Source: Octopus bimaculoides (lineage: Eukaryota). From it: a stretch of DNA of 64,000 nucleotides. The notes below the pieces were generated by a model. The model did not search any database and was not told where the DNA came from. It saw nothing but the letters and a program-made list of their open reading frames with translations. Positions within the stretch are counted from its first letter, which is position 1, and the number at the start of each line of letters is the position of its first letter. Shown in pieces: positions 37,259-51,009 of the stretch. The position numbers were made by a program, and so were the translations under genes. The stretch is taken from positions 6,607,260-6,671,259 of the forward strand of contig NC_068982.1 in the NCBI RefSeq assembly GCF_001194135.2, read 5' to 3'.

Positions 37259-38424
37259 NNNNNNNNNNATATATATATATATATATATAATCATCACCAT
37301 CATCATAATCATACATACAAACATATATATAATGCATGTGTATATATTTATATATATATTGCATGTATTTATATATTTATGTATGCGTATACATGTGTGT
37401 GTGTTAGTATTTTCTAGTGTAACTTTTGTCTGGGTTGTATTTCTAACATTGTTCTTCCACAAATAACTTGTTTTTAATCCCATAGTTTTAGCTTAAAACT
37501 TGAGAAACTAGAAATACATTTATTTCATTTCTAGGTTTTTCTGTCTGTTATACCTTTTTTTTTAATCTAAAATTTTTTTTTATTTTTGCACTTCTGTTTC
37601 GTTCTTCTGATATAATAAATGTATTTTCCAGTTTCTTTCTATTTGAAAATTCTGAAAAGACTTAATATTGATATGAAAGCTATTTCGAAAACAGAGTTAC
37701 TGTTTATGTTGATTCATACATTAAACAACTATTAATGATTGTCTAAAGCATAAGTTCTCAAAGTGGGCACTAAAGCCCCCTCCCCATTGGCGTTGAGATG
37801 ATTCAGGTGAACACTGGTGCCTAAGGGGGAAGTAAGGGGTTAAAGAAAAAGGAGATGTTGGAAGGAAGGCAGTGAATTGGGGAACAGTGAATTTATTATA
37901 ACATTATTATAGTATTGTATACAAATTATATAATACTATATTAAATATCAAATGACTCATAGTATATACACATTAGGAAATCATCATCATCATCATCATC
38001 ATTGTTTGATGCACGTTGTCCATGCTGGCATGGGTTGGACGGTTTGACTGGGGTCTGGGAAGCCAGGAGGCTGCACCAGGCTTCAGTCTGAGCTGGATGC
38101 CCTTCCTAACACTGGGGAGCTGATGGTATTATGTGGCCATGAAGGGGTCAGTGAGGAGATTATTATATTTTTTAAAAGCACCAACTTCTCATTTTGGGGT
38201 TCAAAGTGTTGAATAAATGTTTTGTTTGTGCATTTATTGAAGACAATTTTATCGGATAAGATAAAACTGTTTTATACGATTGGATATTGAACTTATTATT
38301 TAGAACCTTCCTGACTACAACAATGATATGTATTTTATCACTTCATATCATTTCATATTTTTTTTTTTTACAACTTTCAACCAATTATAAAAGACATGTA
38401 GTTTTTCTTAATGTTACTATTCTC

Positions 38425-38805
38425 TATTAATAAGCATATGTGGCTTCCAAACCACATGGTTCCAGGTTCAGGCCCACTGCATGGCACCTTGGGTAAGTGT
38501 CTTTTATTACTGCCTCTGCTGACTAAAGCCTTGTGAGTGGATTTAGTAGATGGAAAATGTAAGAAGCTAGTCACATATATATGTGTGTGTCTTTGTGTCT
38601 CTGTTTGTTCCCTACCACTGCTTGGCAACCATTGCTGGTTTGTTTATGTCCCCATACTTTACCAGTTTGGGAAATGGAGACCGATAGAATAAGTTCTTGG
38701 CTTTAAAAAAATAAGTACTGGGATTTATTCTTTCGACTAAAAATTATTCTCCATGGTGCCCCAGCATGGCTACGGCCTAGTGATTGAAACAAGTAAAAGA
38801 TAAAA
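38425..38805 (+). mobile_element. SINE family A (decayed)
   Basis: Head, body and tail motifs. Confidence 0.8.
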
Positions 38806-39250
38806 GGTACAGCCTTGTGATTGCATGTGTCTTGTTGACTCAAGAACTGACTCCGATACAAGAACTTTATTCCTCTCCACAATTTAAACAGAGGGGATGG
38901 TCTTGGGCAGGTTGGCATGAAAGAATTAAATTATTCTCTGAACTATGTTTTTCTTTTATATATTTTAACAGCAAACATTGAAATTGTACAAAGACAGGAA
39001 ATAATCCTTTCTACTATAGGTACAGGGCCAGAGAGAAAACAAGTCAATTACTTCAATCTTAGTGCTGCTCAACAGCTACTTATTTTACTGACACCACAAG
39101 GATGAAAAAGTTATTTCGACCTTGGCAGAATTTGAACCCAGAAGGTAACGGCAGAAGAAATGGAAATGCTGCTAAGCATTTTGTTCAGAGTGTTCATGTT
39201 TATTGCCTGCTCACTGTCTATAAGACAGGAGATAATAACAACAACAATAA

Positions 39251-39286
39251 GATCTGAAGAAGGAATTCTAATTCCGAAATATCATC
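39251..39286 (+). ncRNA. minimal type I hammerhead motif, core intact, short stem I
   Basis: GAT-CTGAAGA-A-GGAAT(TCTA)ATTCC-GAAA-TAT-C-ATC. Perfect 5-bp stem II, ATAT palindromic stem III, AUC site after 39283. Confidence 0.65.
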
Positions 39287-39440
39287 GGACTATAGTTTAC
39301 CAAGTTACAACAAGTATACAGTCCATTTTTTGTTCTATAGTGCATTGTTATATCTTCCTAAACTTTTTATTCTTTACAAACAATACACAATGCTTCAAGT
39401 AAACTACAATACTATCCTAATAATAATAATAATAATAATA

Positions 39441-39800
39441 ATTGAGGGAATATTGAAAGCAGAGAAAAGAAGGAAAACAAAGGAAGAAATACAAAAAGGA
39501 CATGAAGAAGAATTACGCCAGAAGGGACTACACAATCAATTCCATGTAGCCACAACAGAAGTTGCTGGAAAAAATAGGTGGGATTGGCTGATGAAAGGAA
39601 CCCTAGAAGAAGAGACTGAGAGCACTATACTGGCAGCACAAGACCAAGCTTTGGTCATGAGCTGGAGGGTCAACCTGAGGAATGAGCAAGCGTCTCCACT
39701 GCGCCACATCTGCAATAGAGTGGATGAAACCATTTCCATATCATGAACGAATGCCCTAGGCTTGTCCAAAACCACTACAAGTTGGGGCAACATGACCATG
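39441..39800 (+). pseudogene. R4/Dong-like LINE fragment (zinc-knuckle region)
   Basis: QKGLHNQF...WDWLMKGTLEEETESTILAAQDQAL...SPLRHICNRVDETISIS, directly after (TAA)n. Confidence 0.8.
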
Positions 39801-39943
39801 TAGTGAACTCTTTATCATGCTGCTACTGTATAAATCTCTCTGAGAGATTTAGAAATATAATATTTCTATATTTTAAGTCTTCCAAGTTTTAAATAGGATG
39901 ATGACACTTTTTGAGAAAAATTTGTCTTGTTCATGTTGTGGGG

Positions 39944-39997
<54 letters not shown>

Positions 39998-42900
39998 GTA
40001 CACCTTTCCCATGTGATGAGTGGTATGTGCTAGTCACTATAAATAAGGTGATGTTGCCTAGTGTAAGGAGAGAGTACGTAGTAGATAGTCATCGACTGTC
40101 ATGGCCTTACTTGTCTTACTAACTATACTGCTATACAAGAGTGGGGCATTATAACAATCCGACATTAAGGATTACAACAGTTCATGAAATTATTCAAGAG
40201 ACCACATTGGAATTACTTTGCTTAGAAAACTGCACTGAGTCCATGTTCTTTCAGGAGAAACTCTGGTTTTGAAGTATCACTTTTGTTGGTTTGGCTGTGT
40301 AATCTGAATGAAACACTAGCATTTAAAATGCTACTTTAAGTATATTAATAACCTGTCCTCAGGTAAAGATTTCTTTATTCCATTGAAGGATTTTATTAAG
40401 ATAGAACGAAATATTTTGATATCAGTGCTGTCTTTAAGGAAGTTGAAGCACTGGGAAGGAAGTCTGTTGATTAGTCACCTTTGTGTATTTGCCACTTAGC
40501 GACTGGATATCCTGAGGATATATGCAGAGGAAATAATTATGGAACAAACTCCATTTTATCTGTTGTAGTCACTGGATTTTAGCTTTCCAAACAACTAGTA
40601 TACAAGTTGCTACTTTAAAAAAAGGAGATTTTACAAAATGTAATCATAGTTAGATGATGTCTGAATATAGAAGACAGAATGGTCATTGCTTCAGGGGCTT
40701 TTCAATGAGGACTAATCTGGAAGCACAACAACAACTACACCGCCATTTACAAACAACTATATTTTCCTTAATCACATGCATGGTGTTAGTTTCCCAGTGA
40801 TGCAAAGCAGTCATGAATCACTACCATTACGTCTTTTCATTTTTTTTTTTATTATTTTACTTCTCTCTCTCTCTTAACTGGCTCTGATTTGTGTGTTCAT
40901 CTCTTAACCATATCCCACAGGAGGCTTGACATGTGAGACCATATGCGCATATACTTATCTACATATGTCTGTATGTATATCTGTATACATACATATCAAT
41001 GCATTCAAACACATATACATACCCTCACGAGAATATGATAAATATAATATTTGATTTGAATTTAGTTTTGTTACTCATGAGATTAAATGTTCTTTTTGTT
41101 GCTTGGTTAATCAATAAAGAAGTCAGTAATTCCAAAGAATCTATCGATTCTAATAACCAATATATGATTGAATGCAATAGAATTAGGTTTCATAGATAAC
41201 ACCATGGGATTCCTGGGAAGTAATCTCATGATTTGGAGTCATAGAAGAACTTAAGTTGCTATAAATACAGAATTACCTATACTTGTGTATGAATATCTTC
41301 AGAGTTTCAGAGAACATTTAGCTTCTCCTTGTTGTAGCATAATAAAAGTAATATTTAATCAATACATAAAAATAGTTTACCAAACAAACATAACAATTAA
41401 ACTATTTGTACTGAACATGTCATTAATATAGCAACTGCAAATGTTGTTGAACTTCGTTTCTTCTTCTTCTTCTTCTTCTTCTTCCTTCTTTTCAATGTTA
41501 TATTTAGCTCAGTTATTATTACTGGTATAGACTGTATTATGTATCATGGTACTTCGTCACTTACAACGACGAGGGTTCCTGTTGATCCGATCAATGGAAT
41601 AGCCTGCTTGTGAAATTAACGTGCAAGTGGCTGAGCACTCCACAGACATGTGTACCCTTAACGTAGATCTTGGGAGATTCAGCATGACACAGAGTGTGAC
41701 AAGATTGGCCCTTTGAAAATACAGGTACAACAGAAACAGGAAGAATGAGGGAGAGAATGTTGTGGTGAAAGAATGCAGCAGGGTTCGCCCCCCCCCCACC
41801 AATGAATGCCAATCCTTCAGCTGATTCTTTTTTAACTTGATTAGCTGTAAAGACTATGTTGGTGAAATTAACAGTTGCTATTTTCATCTATCAATAATTC
41901 GGAATATGGAAGTCATCATCAGCATGGGTGCATAGATAGAATATATCTTGTAGTGAGGCTTCAGCTGAGTTTTGAACCGTCTCACTGAGGGACCCAGGAC
42001 AGAACCAAAACTCAACTATATTGTCACAAAAAGCAAAGGCTAGCTACAAGAAATTAACCAAATCACCATAAAAGAATTAATACCTACATGACTATGGTTC
42101 AGCCAATCAGATCAGCTGGTGAGTACTCAGATAGCAGTGAGCTTGAAAGTAAGTTTTGTGCATTTTCCCACCAAATAGTCCAGCGGAAAGTTCCAAAAGA
42201 TTTTACTGAACCATATAAAAGTTGGGAGATTAAACTCTTAAACAGAGCAACCTCATTGCTACACAAAACTCTATTCGTCAGTTTTAACGATGATGATGAT
42301 GATGATGATGATGATGTTTTCACTTTTTCTATTTATCCTCTACTTAATAATGAGTTATTTTTATATTGATAACTAAATTATTTTATGCAATGAAGACTTT
42401 TAACAATCAGATTCACAATCCATTGTGTGATACTGTATAAATGCAAATGCTTCAAGAAATAAAATATACAGGCTCTTATACATATATAAGTGTTCATTCT
42501 TCCCTTGACATTCAGCTTACCAAATATTGTGTTCTACCAATAATGAATTAATGACCAGACTTACTAAAATGAAGATCACTACTAAATTAGTAACTCCATT
42601 GTCTACCATTAAAATGATGACCCCTAATGGACCTGACAAATTCTCTACAAATGTGGAACCTGAATGAATACAACCCATCAACTAATTAAGCCATTTCTCA
42701 AAGCCAATACAAACTCTGATATAGTGCTGTGCCTGATTTTTTTCCATCATTCTGACATACAGCCACAGCAAAGAACAATATTTGGCTGCTATTTTTAGCC
42801 AGTTTTTAGTATTTTCATGTATGACAGTAGATAATATTTTTGCAACATATCTATCAGATTGGAGCCTGGTGCAGCTTTCTGGCTTGCCAGTCCTCAGTCA

Positions 42901-43035
42901 AATTGTCTAACCCATGCTAGCATGGAAAGCGGACGTTAAACAATGATGATGATGATCTGTCTATCTGTTCCTACATGTTCCTGTCTGTTGCTTCATCATT
43001 CACATAGTGTAAATAGATAAAATTAAAATTTAACC

Positions 43036-46000
43036 ATGTCTTCCCTACATAATGAGACACCTGTTTTAGTATCACAAATGACTACTTTCTTTTGCACATC
43101 TCCTTCATGGATAGAAGATGTGGCAATTTGGTTCACACAGTTGGAAACACATTTTTTGGCTAAGAAAATCCAGTCAGAGTCCTGTCAACTTAATTTGTTA
43201 ATAAGTGTTCTCCCACTAGCTTTAAGCAGTGAAATAAAGGACTTCATTTCAGCTCCTGCAGGTACCATGCTGTATCAGAAAGTTAAACTAGAAATATTAA
43301 ACTACATGCCCAGTTCTTGGCAAAAGTGTTCACATCAACTTCCATTCAATGAATCTTCACAACTATTATGAAATATGAAGGAATTGGTTGAAAATAATTC
43401 CTGAGAGGGAACTTTCCGGAAATAGTTGTTCCTATTGCATTTACCAGGCAATTTTAGCATTAGTAAGAGAGAACAGCCCCATCGATCAACTGGTAAAATA
43501 AAGGGATGGTATTAATGACGTTTCACTTTTAGATTCCTCTACTTCTTTTAGTTCCTCTTTTATTTTAGAGTTGGTGGCCTTCTGTAAGTTTAGCAAAGGC
43601 ATGATTCAGTACACAAAGATAAAATAGCAGGTCTTGAAACACCTCATTTTCTTGTAAGTTCCACTTAACATTCCAAAAGTTTGGTATGAAAACACTCTTC
43701 TAGTTCCCACAGGAGAAATTATACACAATGTTGGCATTATTACAAATTAGGCTTCAATGCTCAACATTGTATACAACCACACTTCTTTCAATCTACTTCA
43801 AAGCCATTGTCTGACACTTCAACAGTGAGTCACTTGTTTTATGTTTTTTATTCATCCTTGAAATCTCATTTTCTTGTGGATATTGGTGCTGAATGCATTG
43901 GCCTTACAGATTTTTACAAAGCACATGGCAGCTGATATGGGTTATTTTGCATGCTGTAAGCCATTCTGAAATACCAACTTATGGAAAAAAAAAAAGATCT
44001 ATGAGATTACATTTGAATTTATGTGGAGTTTTTGAATGAATTTTCATCATAGCTGATTTTCATATCCAATTATTGGTACTGATTTTTTCATCATTTTGGT
44101 CTCCCAGTTGATTAAAAAAATTAAAAATTTATAGATACATGGTTTTAGTGCTAAGAGTGCTTTTATCAAACTTTTTATTTCTTTGTCACTTCTTCATCTA
44201 ACAATTATCATGCTCTTCCTAGTCAGTTTCCAAACATGACTCAACCAAATTTTTGAGGTAAAAAATCATTATTTTCAGTAACAGATCATATCATTACAAG
44301 TGGTATTTCTGTTTCTGCTAATCTTAGACATCTTTGAAATTACAGAGCAATTTAGCTTCATGCTACAGCTTGGTATTATTCAAGCTTCTTTTATTAATAG
44401 TTTCTCCTCTTCACATGATATCAAAAAAGACTGGATGTGATTAGGGTCCTTATGGAGCCCACAAGATATGAAATTCTAGAACAGTGCCCAAAAAATAACT
44501 AATTCCCCATATTCATTATTTCCCATCCTCTCTTTGTGGTGCTAATTTTCCAAAGATAGATTTATTTCATGCCTATAATCAGTCTTTGATAGAAGCCAGT
44601 GACTTTCCTAAGACAATAATTATTCCAATTTTTGGACTATATGATTTCATTAAAATGCATTTTGGGCTCAGGAATTCACTGAAATACTTGCAAAGATTCA
44701 TTGATGAAGGTACCCACAGTTTGAACTTTGATTTTACTTACATTGGTGTTTTATGAATTGCATTTATTTCCAAACTAAAGCATACACGTCATCAAAATCA
44801 ACTATTTTCGAGATTACCATATTACAGCAGGGTGACTGACTCCAGCAAATAGGCTTTATCACTGATACTAATAATATTTGCCACATGCCAGAAAAGACAG
44901 ATGCCATTGTATGGTTTTCAGCTACTTCTTCATTACAAAAATTATGTGAATTCCTACAGATATTTTATTCCACTCTGTACTGAAGTGATTTACTCTTTAA
45001 CAGAATTGTTAGGACATCAGGAAAAAGAAGAAAGAAAACATTCTGTTAACACTGAAAGGCAGCAAGCTGGTAGAAATGTTAGCACGCTGGGTGAAATGCT
45101 TAGCGGTGTTACGTCCGTCTTTACATTCTGAGTTCAAATTCTGCCAAGGTCGACTTTGCTTTTCATCCTTTCAAGATCGATAAATTAAGTACTAGTTGCA
45201 TACTGAGGTCGATCTAATCAACTGGCCCCTCCACAAGAATTTTGGGCCTTTTGCCTAGTGTAGAAAAGATTTTTTTTAACACTGATAAATGACAGTTGTT
45301 TAATGAAATTAAAGAGAAATTATCCAAGGCCATCTTATTAACTGTTTACCCAATACCAGATGCACCCCTACCTCTGTTGGTGAATGTTTCTAATGTGGGA
45401 ATTCTTAGTGTTTTACAACAATTTATTGTGTATTCTTGGTTACCTTTGACCTTTTTTTGAAGCATTTAAAACCAGCTGGAATTAGATATGGTATTTTTAG
45501 TCAGGAATTATTGGCAGCATATTTGTTAAGTATTTTCACAATCTTCAAAAAGGAAGAAACTTTGTCTTATATACTGACCACAAGCCATTAACTTTTGCTC
45601 TTCAGTTTAAATTGGACAAACATTCTCCAAGAGAACTCACCTTAATTTCGTATTATACTTTATTGCTGACATTTTTTCCGTCAAGGGCTCCAATAATTAT
45701 GCAGCTGAAGCTTTATCCTAAGTTAATGGGAATTCTCTGCACTCCAATGATTTTATTGATTTTGAAAAAAAAAAATATTGGGCTAGGAAATGGTTGTAGA
45801 ATTACTATAACTGAAAAACTGTCATACTTTTTAGAATTCCACTTGATTCCTCATCAAGCATTCTTCATGGAATATTTCTCTTGGTCATCAACATTTTGTA
45901 CCTGCTAAACAAATACTCAGGTTTTTTTTTCCACTCATTACAATTTGTCTCATGCAGGAGTTGCAGCATCAGAAAAACTCATTTCCTCTCAGTTCATTTG

Positions 46001-46860
46001 GCCAGACATGAACAGGAATGTCTGTTCGTGTCTGATAATATAATCCTATAAACCTAGGATTAAATACCTTGTTGAAAAGCAAAAGTTCATTATCATATTA
46101 GAACACCCCAAGAACTTCTGCTGTGCCAGTAGCTCGCTTATGGTGATGGTCACTCCCATTGGCGTTGATGTATGAGTGTTTGAAGGAGAGGACCTAAAGT
46201 TAAAGGAAGTAATAGGAAAAAAGAAAAGAAAAAGAAACTAAGCTGCATCTATTTGTGATGGATGCGTAAATGTAATTTCAGTCCAGGTATAGAATTTGCT
46301 ATGAAATTGCAATGGGGTCATTGATGATTTTGATTTTGCCTGAGATGGAGCAAGTGTGTCTGTTGGTTGGTTTCTTCTATTGTTTTTTTTTTTTTATTCC
46401 TTCAGCTCAAATTGCTTGGATGCATCATGGCACATTTTACACCATGAAGATGGCTCACTTATAACACATACATATATTGTTGACTCCTTAACTTCTCTTC
46501 AGGACAATGTACATCTGTTGATCCTTTCTCTGAAACTATTCCTCTTTGGGATATTTCACCCACAATAGAACCACAAGGTTTCACATCTTGAGCCTCCAGC
46601 AATGATAAAACTGACCGAGACTGGCAATTTGATTCTAGTTTGTTTTCTGAATTAACCCAATTGCTGGATGCCAGGAGGATTCACACTATGTCTTATCTTG
46701 TAACAAAGTGAATGACTGAACATCTTCACCACCAACATAAAACATCTGTTAAAGCATAAAGTAACATGGATATAAGGTTGGAATATCAGCCTATTACACT
46801 GCTGAGTATCAGAATATCAAAGAACTTCTGCTATGCCAATATCTCGTTTTTAACACATAC
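43036..46860 (+). pseudogene. Ty3/gypsy LTR-retrotransposon gag-pol relic
   Basis: gag (WFTQLETHF...YQKVKLEIL); protease (FLVDIGAE, ~43870); RT (KIDLFHAYNQ..FGLYDFIKMHFGLRNS..LQRFID, ~44550-44750); RNase H (RELLAAY-like, LYTDHKPLTFA); IN zinc finger (LSHAGVAASEKLISSQFIWPDMN); IN core (TDRDWQFDSSLFSELTQLL). Many stops; no LTRs recognised. Confidence 0.85.
45057..45268 (+). mobile_element. SINE family B inserted in the gypsy relic
   Basis: GGCAGCAAGCTGGTAGAAATGTTAGCACGC head and conserved central domain. Confidence 0.9.
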
Positions 46861-46989
46861 ACATACTGTTAGGCCTTAACAGACTTATGTTTTAGTCCAG
46901 CAGAACTGCTTTGTGGTATGGTATCAACTCTTCCGGGCAGTGGCACTATCACAAATAATAACTATAAAACTATCATTAAATGAAACCAT

Positions 46990-47449
46990 GAAGTATACTT
47001 GCCATCTAAATGTGGCAGACTCATACAGGACAATGCTACTGTTGTTTATAGCCCCAGGAAGACATCTCTTCCAGGTGGCAAATATACTTCACAATTCCTT
47101 GCTGCTACTGTGTACGTCTCGCTCAGAGATTTACTATTGTTTGTTTCCCCTTTTTCGAGATCGGTAACAGTTTGTCACTGGAAAAAGCATATAGTATTTT
47201 GCGTTTGGAATGAGTTCTCATCGCTAGCTGGTGATTGTCACACGCTGATGATGGGTTACTACTCAGGAAACCTGGGTCTGTGTGTATCACATAAGGCTAG
47301 AAATGGGAATGATGATTTCCCTTCACAAATACTAATCGGACACAGACAGTGTGTCATTAGCCAGTTGGAGGAGATGTCTTCCTGGGGCTATAAACAACGG
47401 TAGTGTCATTCCCTATGGGTCCACCACATTTAGGTGGCAAATATACTTC
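46990..47449 (+). mobile_element. HHR-GACAC-hairpin element with partial fold-back arm
   Basis: Inverted arms 46990-47073 / 47366-47449; HHR at 47231-47290; GGACACAGACAGTGTGTC at 47338. Confidence 0.8.
47231..47290 (+). ncRNA. type I hammerhead motif, GUC site after 47278
   Basis: GTGAT..CACACG-CTGATGA-TGGGT(TACT)ACTCA-G-GAAA-CCTGGGT-C-TGTGTG.ATCAC. One extra G before GAAA; stem III is one substitution from the palindrome ACCCGGGT. Confidence 0.75.
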
Positions 47450-47455
47450 CTGATT

Positions 47456-47665
47456 AAGGCAGCGAGCTGGCAGAAATGTTAGCACACTGGGCAAAATACT
47501 TAGCAATACTTTGTCTTTATGTTCTGAGTTCAAATTCTGCCGTGGTCAACATTGCCATTCATCTTTTCAGAGTCGATAAATTAAGTACCAGTTGCACACT
47601 GAGGTCAATTTAAGCGACTGGCCCCCTCCCCACAAATTTCAGGCCTTGTGCCTAGAAAAGAAAAG
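47456..47665 (+). mobile_element. SINE family B with 17-bp target-site duplication
   Basis: AAATATACTTCCTGATT (47439-47455) / AAATATACATCATGATT (47666-47682). Confidence 0.9.
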
Positions 47666-48182
47666 AAATATACATCATGATTGCATGCTGCTACTGTTTC
47701 CGTCCAGCTCAGAGATTTATTATTGCTTACCATTGAATGGTATGGACTATTCAAGCACTTTAGTATCACAAGCAACACTAGACTGGTTCCTATTCTGGCC
47801 TCAGAATTCTAGGTTAAATGTGAATATTGAAACTGCAAGTGACACTTTGTTGTCTACTGAAAAAACGAATTCAAAAAAATATTACAATAGGTGTAAAAAC
47901 CTGTACAAAGAAACAGTAAAAAAAAAAAAAGAAAGCCATTATAAATATAGTGTGTGCTAGACTAAAGTTTGTAAAATATTAATTCCAGAAACGCAGCAGA
48001 AGTTAAGTAGCTCAGATAGAATCCATAGAGAGATCTTCGATTATGAAGAATGGCCACAATGGGAGAATCAGCTCTCAATAAATTCTGCAATAAGTCACTT
48101 AAGAAGTATTGTTGCATATAATTGGACGATGATATTATGATGGCTTATTTGTGGCCTTTGTTTTCATCTATTCCCAAAATGC

Positions 48183-48590
48183 TTACTCTTTTACTCTTTT
48201 ACTTGTTTCAGTCATTTGACTGTGGCCATGCTGGAGCACTGCCTTTAGTCGAGCAACTCAACCCCAGGACTTATATCTTTGTAAGCCTAGTACTTATTCT
48301 ATCGGTCTATTTTGCCAAACTGTTAAGTTATGGGGACATAAACACATCAACATTGAGTGTCAAGCGATGTTGGGGGTGGGGGAAATAGAGACACACAAAC
48401 ATACACACACACATATATATATATATATATACGATGGGCTTCTTTCAGTTTCCGTCTACCAAACACACTCACAAGGCTTTGGTCGGCCCGAGGCTATAGT
48501 AGAAGACACTTGCCCAAGGTGCCACGCAGTGGTACTGAACTCGGAGCGATGTAGTTGGTAAGCAAGCTACTTACCACACAGCCACTCCTG
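48183..48590 (-). mobile_element. tRNA-derived SINE family A (full length)
   Basis: As the other family A copies. Confidence 0.9.
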
Positions 48591-50084
48591 TACTTATACT
48601 TGTTAATATTACTGTAACGGAAGGTAGTGATCTGGCAGTATTGATCACATGCCGAGCTGAATGTTTAGTGGCATTTTATCTGTCTTTCATGTTCTGAGTT
48701 CAAATTCTACAGAGGTCAACTTTACCTTTCATATTTTTGGGGTCAATAAAATAAGTAGCTGTTGAACATCGGGGTCGATGTAATTGACTTAACCTCTAAC
48801 CCAAAATTGATGACCTTGTACCAAAATTAAAACATCAATATTACCATAATAATTTAAGTTGAAGTCACTGCATTTTGTAATTTGAGTAGCAGGACATTTA
48901 TTTACCTATCTCCCATTTATTTTATAAATAATAATCTCATTCTGAGCAGAGGTTACCTCAAAAGCACCCGAATCTTATAGAACTCCAATACATAACCAAA
49001 AACAAAGAAATTTGTCAGGACTTAGCAAATACTCTTTTCTGCTCCAAAATTTGGGAGGAGAGAGCCAGTCAATTACACTGATCCCAGTATGCAAATGGTA
49101 CTTAATTTATCGACCCCGAAAGGATGAAAAGCAAAGTCGACCTCAGCGGAATTTGAACTCAGATCATAAAGACAGACGAAGGATTTAGGAAATATTATTG
49201 GCAGAAATATTCTGTAAACAAATGCAATGATACAATCCTTAGAAACACTTGTGTACTTATATAAATAAGAAGTTAATAAACAAACAAACATTTGTTAACT
49301 TGTGGAGTTAAATTGATTAATCAAAGATATTTTAGGAAAGTGTCATAAGAAGAGAAATAAAATTTTATCTCAAATGGAAAGGATATCAAAACTTTTGCTA
49401 TTAATCATGTTAAGTTGTATTTATTTATTTTTTTTAATTTATAGTTCTCTTATACTTTTTAATCTTCTGAAATGTGAAGAAGACATTTGAAAATGTTTAG
49501 AAGTTTGCATTAAAATATTTTTCCTTATTTTTATGGCAGAGATAATACGTAAGATATATCAATATAAAATTAAACTGAACCCACATTAATTTTTAAATTC
49601 AATTTTCATTAATAATTTTGTTGAGAAATAATTTACGATTGCGTTTCTCATTATATCTTTAATGAAGGATTCCTGTATTATACAAACTCTGCAGCCTGTG
49701 GTTGAGGCTCAGCATCCTAAGAGCAGTAAACATTGTAGATGTTTCACACAAATGCATTGAAGATGCATTTAACATGTTTTTCATGCTGGCATGGGTTGGA
49801 CGGGTTGACAGGAACTGGAAAGGCCAGGAGCCACATCAGGTTTCATTGTTTGTTTTTGTTTGTTTTGATATGCTTTCTATAGCTGGATGTCCTTAATAAT
49901 ACCCAACCACTCTACAGGAGTATATTGGGTGCTTTTTATGTGGCACCAGAACTAATACTTTTTGTGTGATACCATCACCAGTGATTTTTTTTTTACAAGG
50001 CACCAGCATGTATGCTTTTTAAGTGGCACCTTGCAAGACAAAACCCCCTTAAATCAAGGGAATGGAGGGGGGGGTGAACAACTA

Positions 50085-50870
50085 GTTCAAAGCCACAGTT
50101 GAGCACAACAGTCATTGAAACCAAGAACTTGCATACTGGAGCAATGTTCTGATGAAACAAGACCCTTTATCATTTTCCCCAGTCTTAATCGCCTTTCATA
50201 ACTGCTTCAGCAAGTGGGCATAGTACTCTCCATTGATGGTGCGGCCCTTTTCAAGATATTCAATCAACACAATGCCTTTTGAATCCCCCCAAAACTGAGG
50301 TCATCACCCTCCCTGCAGGTGAAATGACCATAGCCTTCTTTGAAGTAGGTGAGCAAGGGTGTTTCCATTGCATTGATTGTCTCTTTGTCTCTGGCTCAAA
50401 GTGATGAAGTCAACACTCATCCTGGGTTAGGAAATGTTCAAGGAATCCAATGGGATCTGCCTGAAACAATGTCAGATTCTCCTATGATGTAATCAGCCTG
50501 GTGCACTTTTGATCAGGTGTCAGAAGATGTGCCACCCACCAAGCAGAAACCTTCATCATGCTAAGTTCATTGTGCTGAATACTCTCAACTCTCTCACAGG
50601 ACATACTAATAACAATGGTTATTTGATTTTATAGTGAATCACCTGTCATCCATCATTATATGGTGGACATGATCTGTTTTCCTTGGTGGTGGCAGTTAGG
50701 TCATCTTCAACACTCTCCCTTCCCCTCCTAAATTCAGCTGCCCACTTTTGTACTGTTGATAAAGCTGGAGCATCATCCTCTAATGTAGCAATCATGCCAG
50801 TATGTATGTTCTTGGTTGTGGTAGTGGTGGCAGGGGGAGACTAACCCATTTTCTGTAGGTACTTGATGAC
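50085..50870 (-). pseudogene. mariner transposase remnant
   Basis: MIATLEDDAPALSTVQKWAAEFRRGRESVEDD..., FLT.DEC.LHHFEPETKRQSMQWKHP (first catalytic D region), YLEKGRTINGEYYAHLLKQL; stops and frameshifts. Confidence 0.85.
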
Positions 50871-51009
50871 ACCAGTATATCAAATTTTGTCCTTTTTCAA
50901 GTAAAGTTGCTACTAGTTAGTAATGAAAAACACACTTAATACTGATAAAGCTTTCTTTTGTTTTTACTTAACTTTGGGTTGATATTAGTTCAAATATTTT
51001 TTTCTTATT

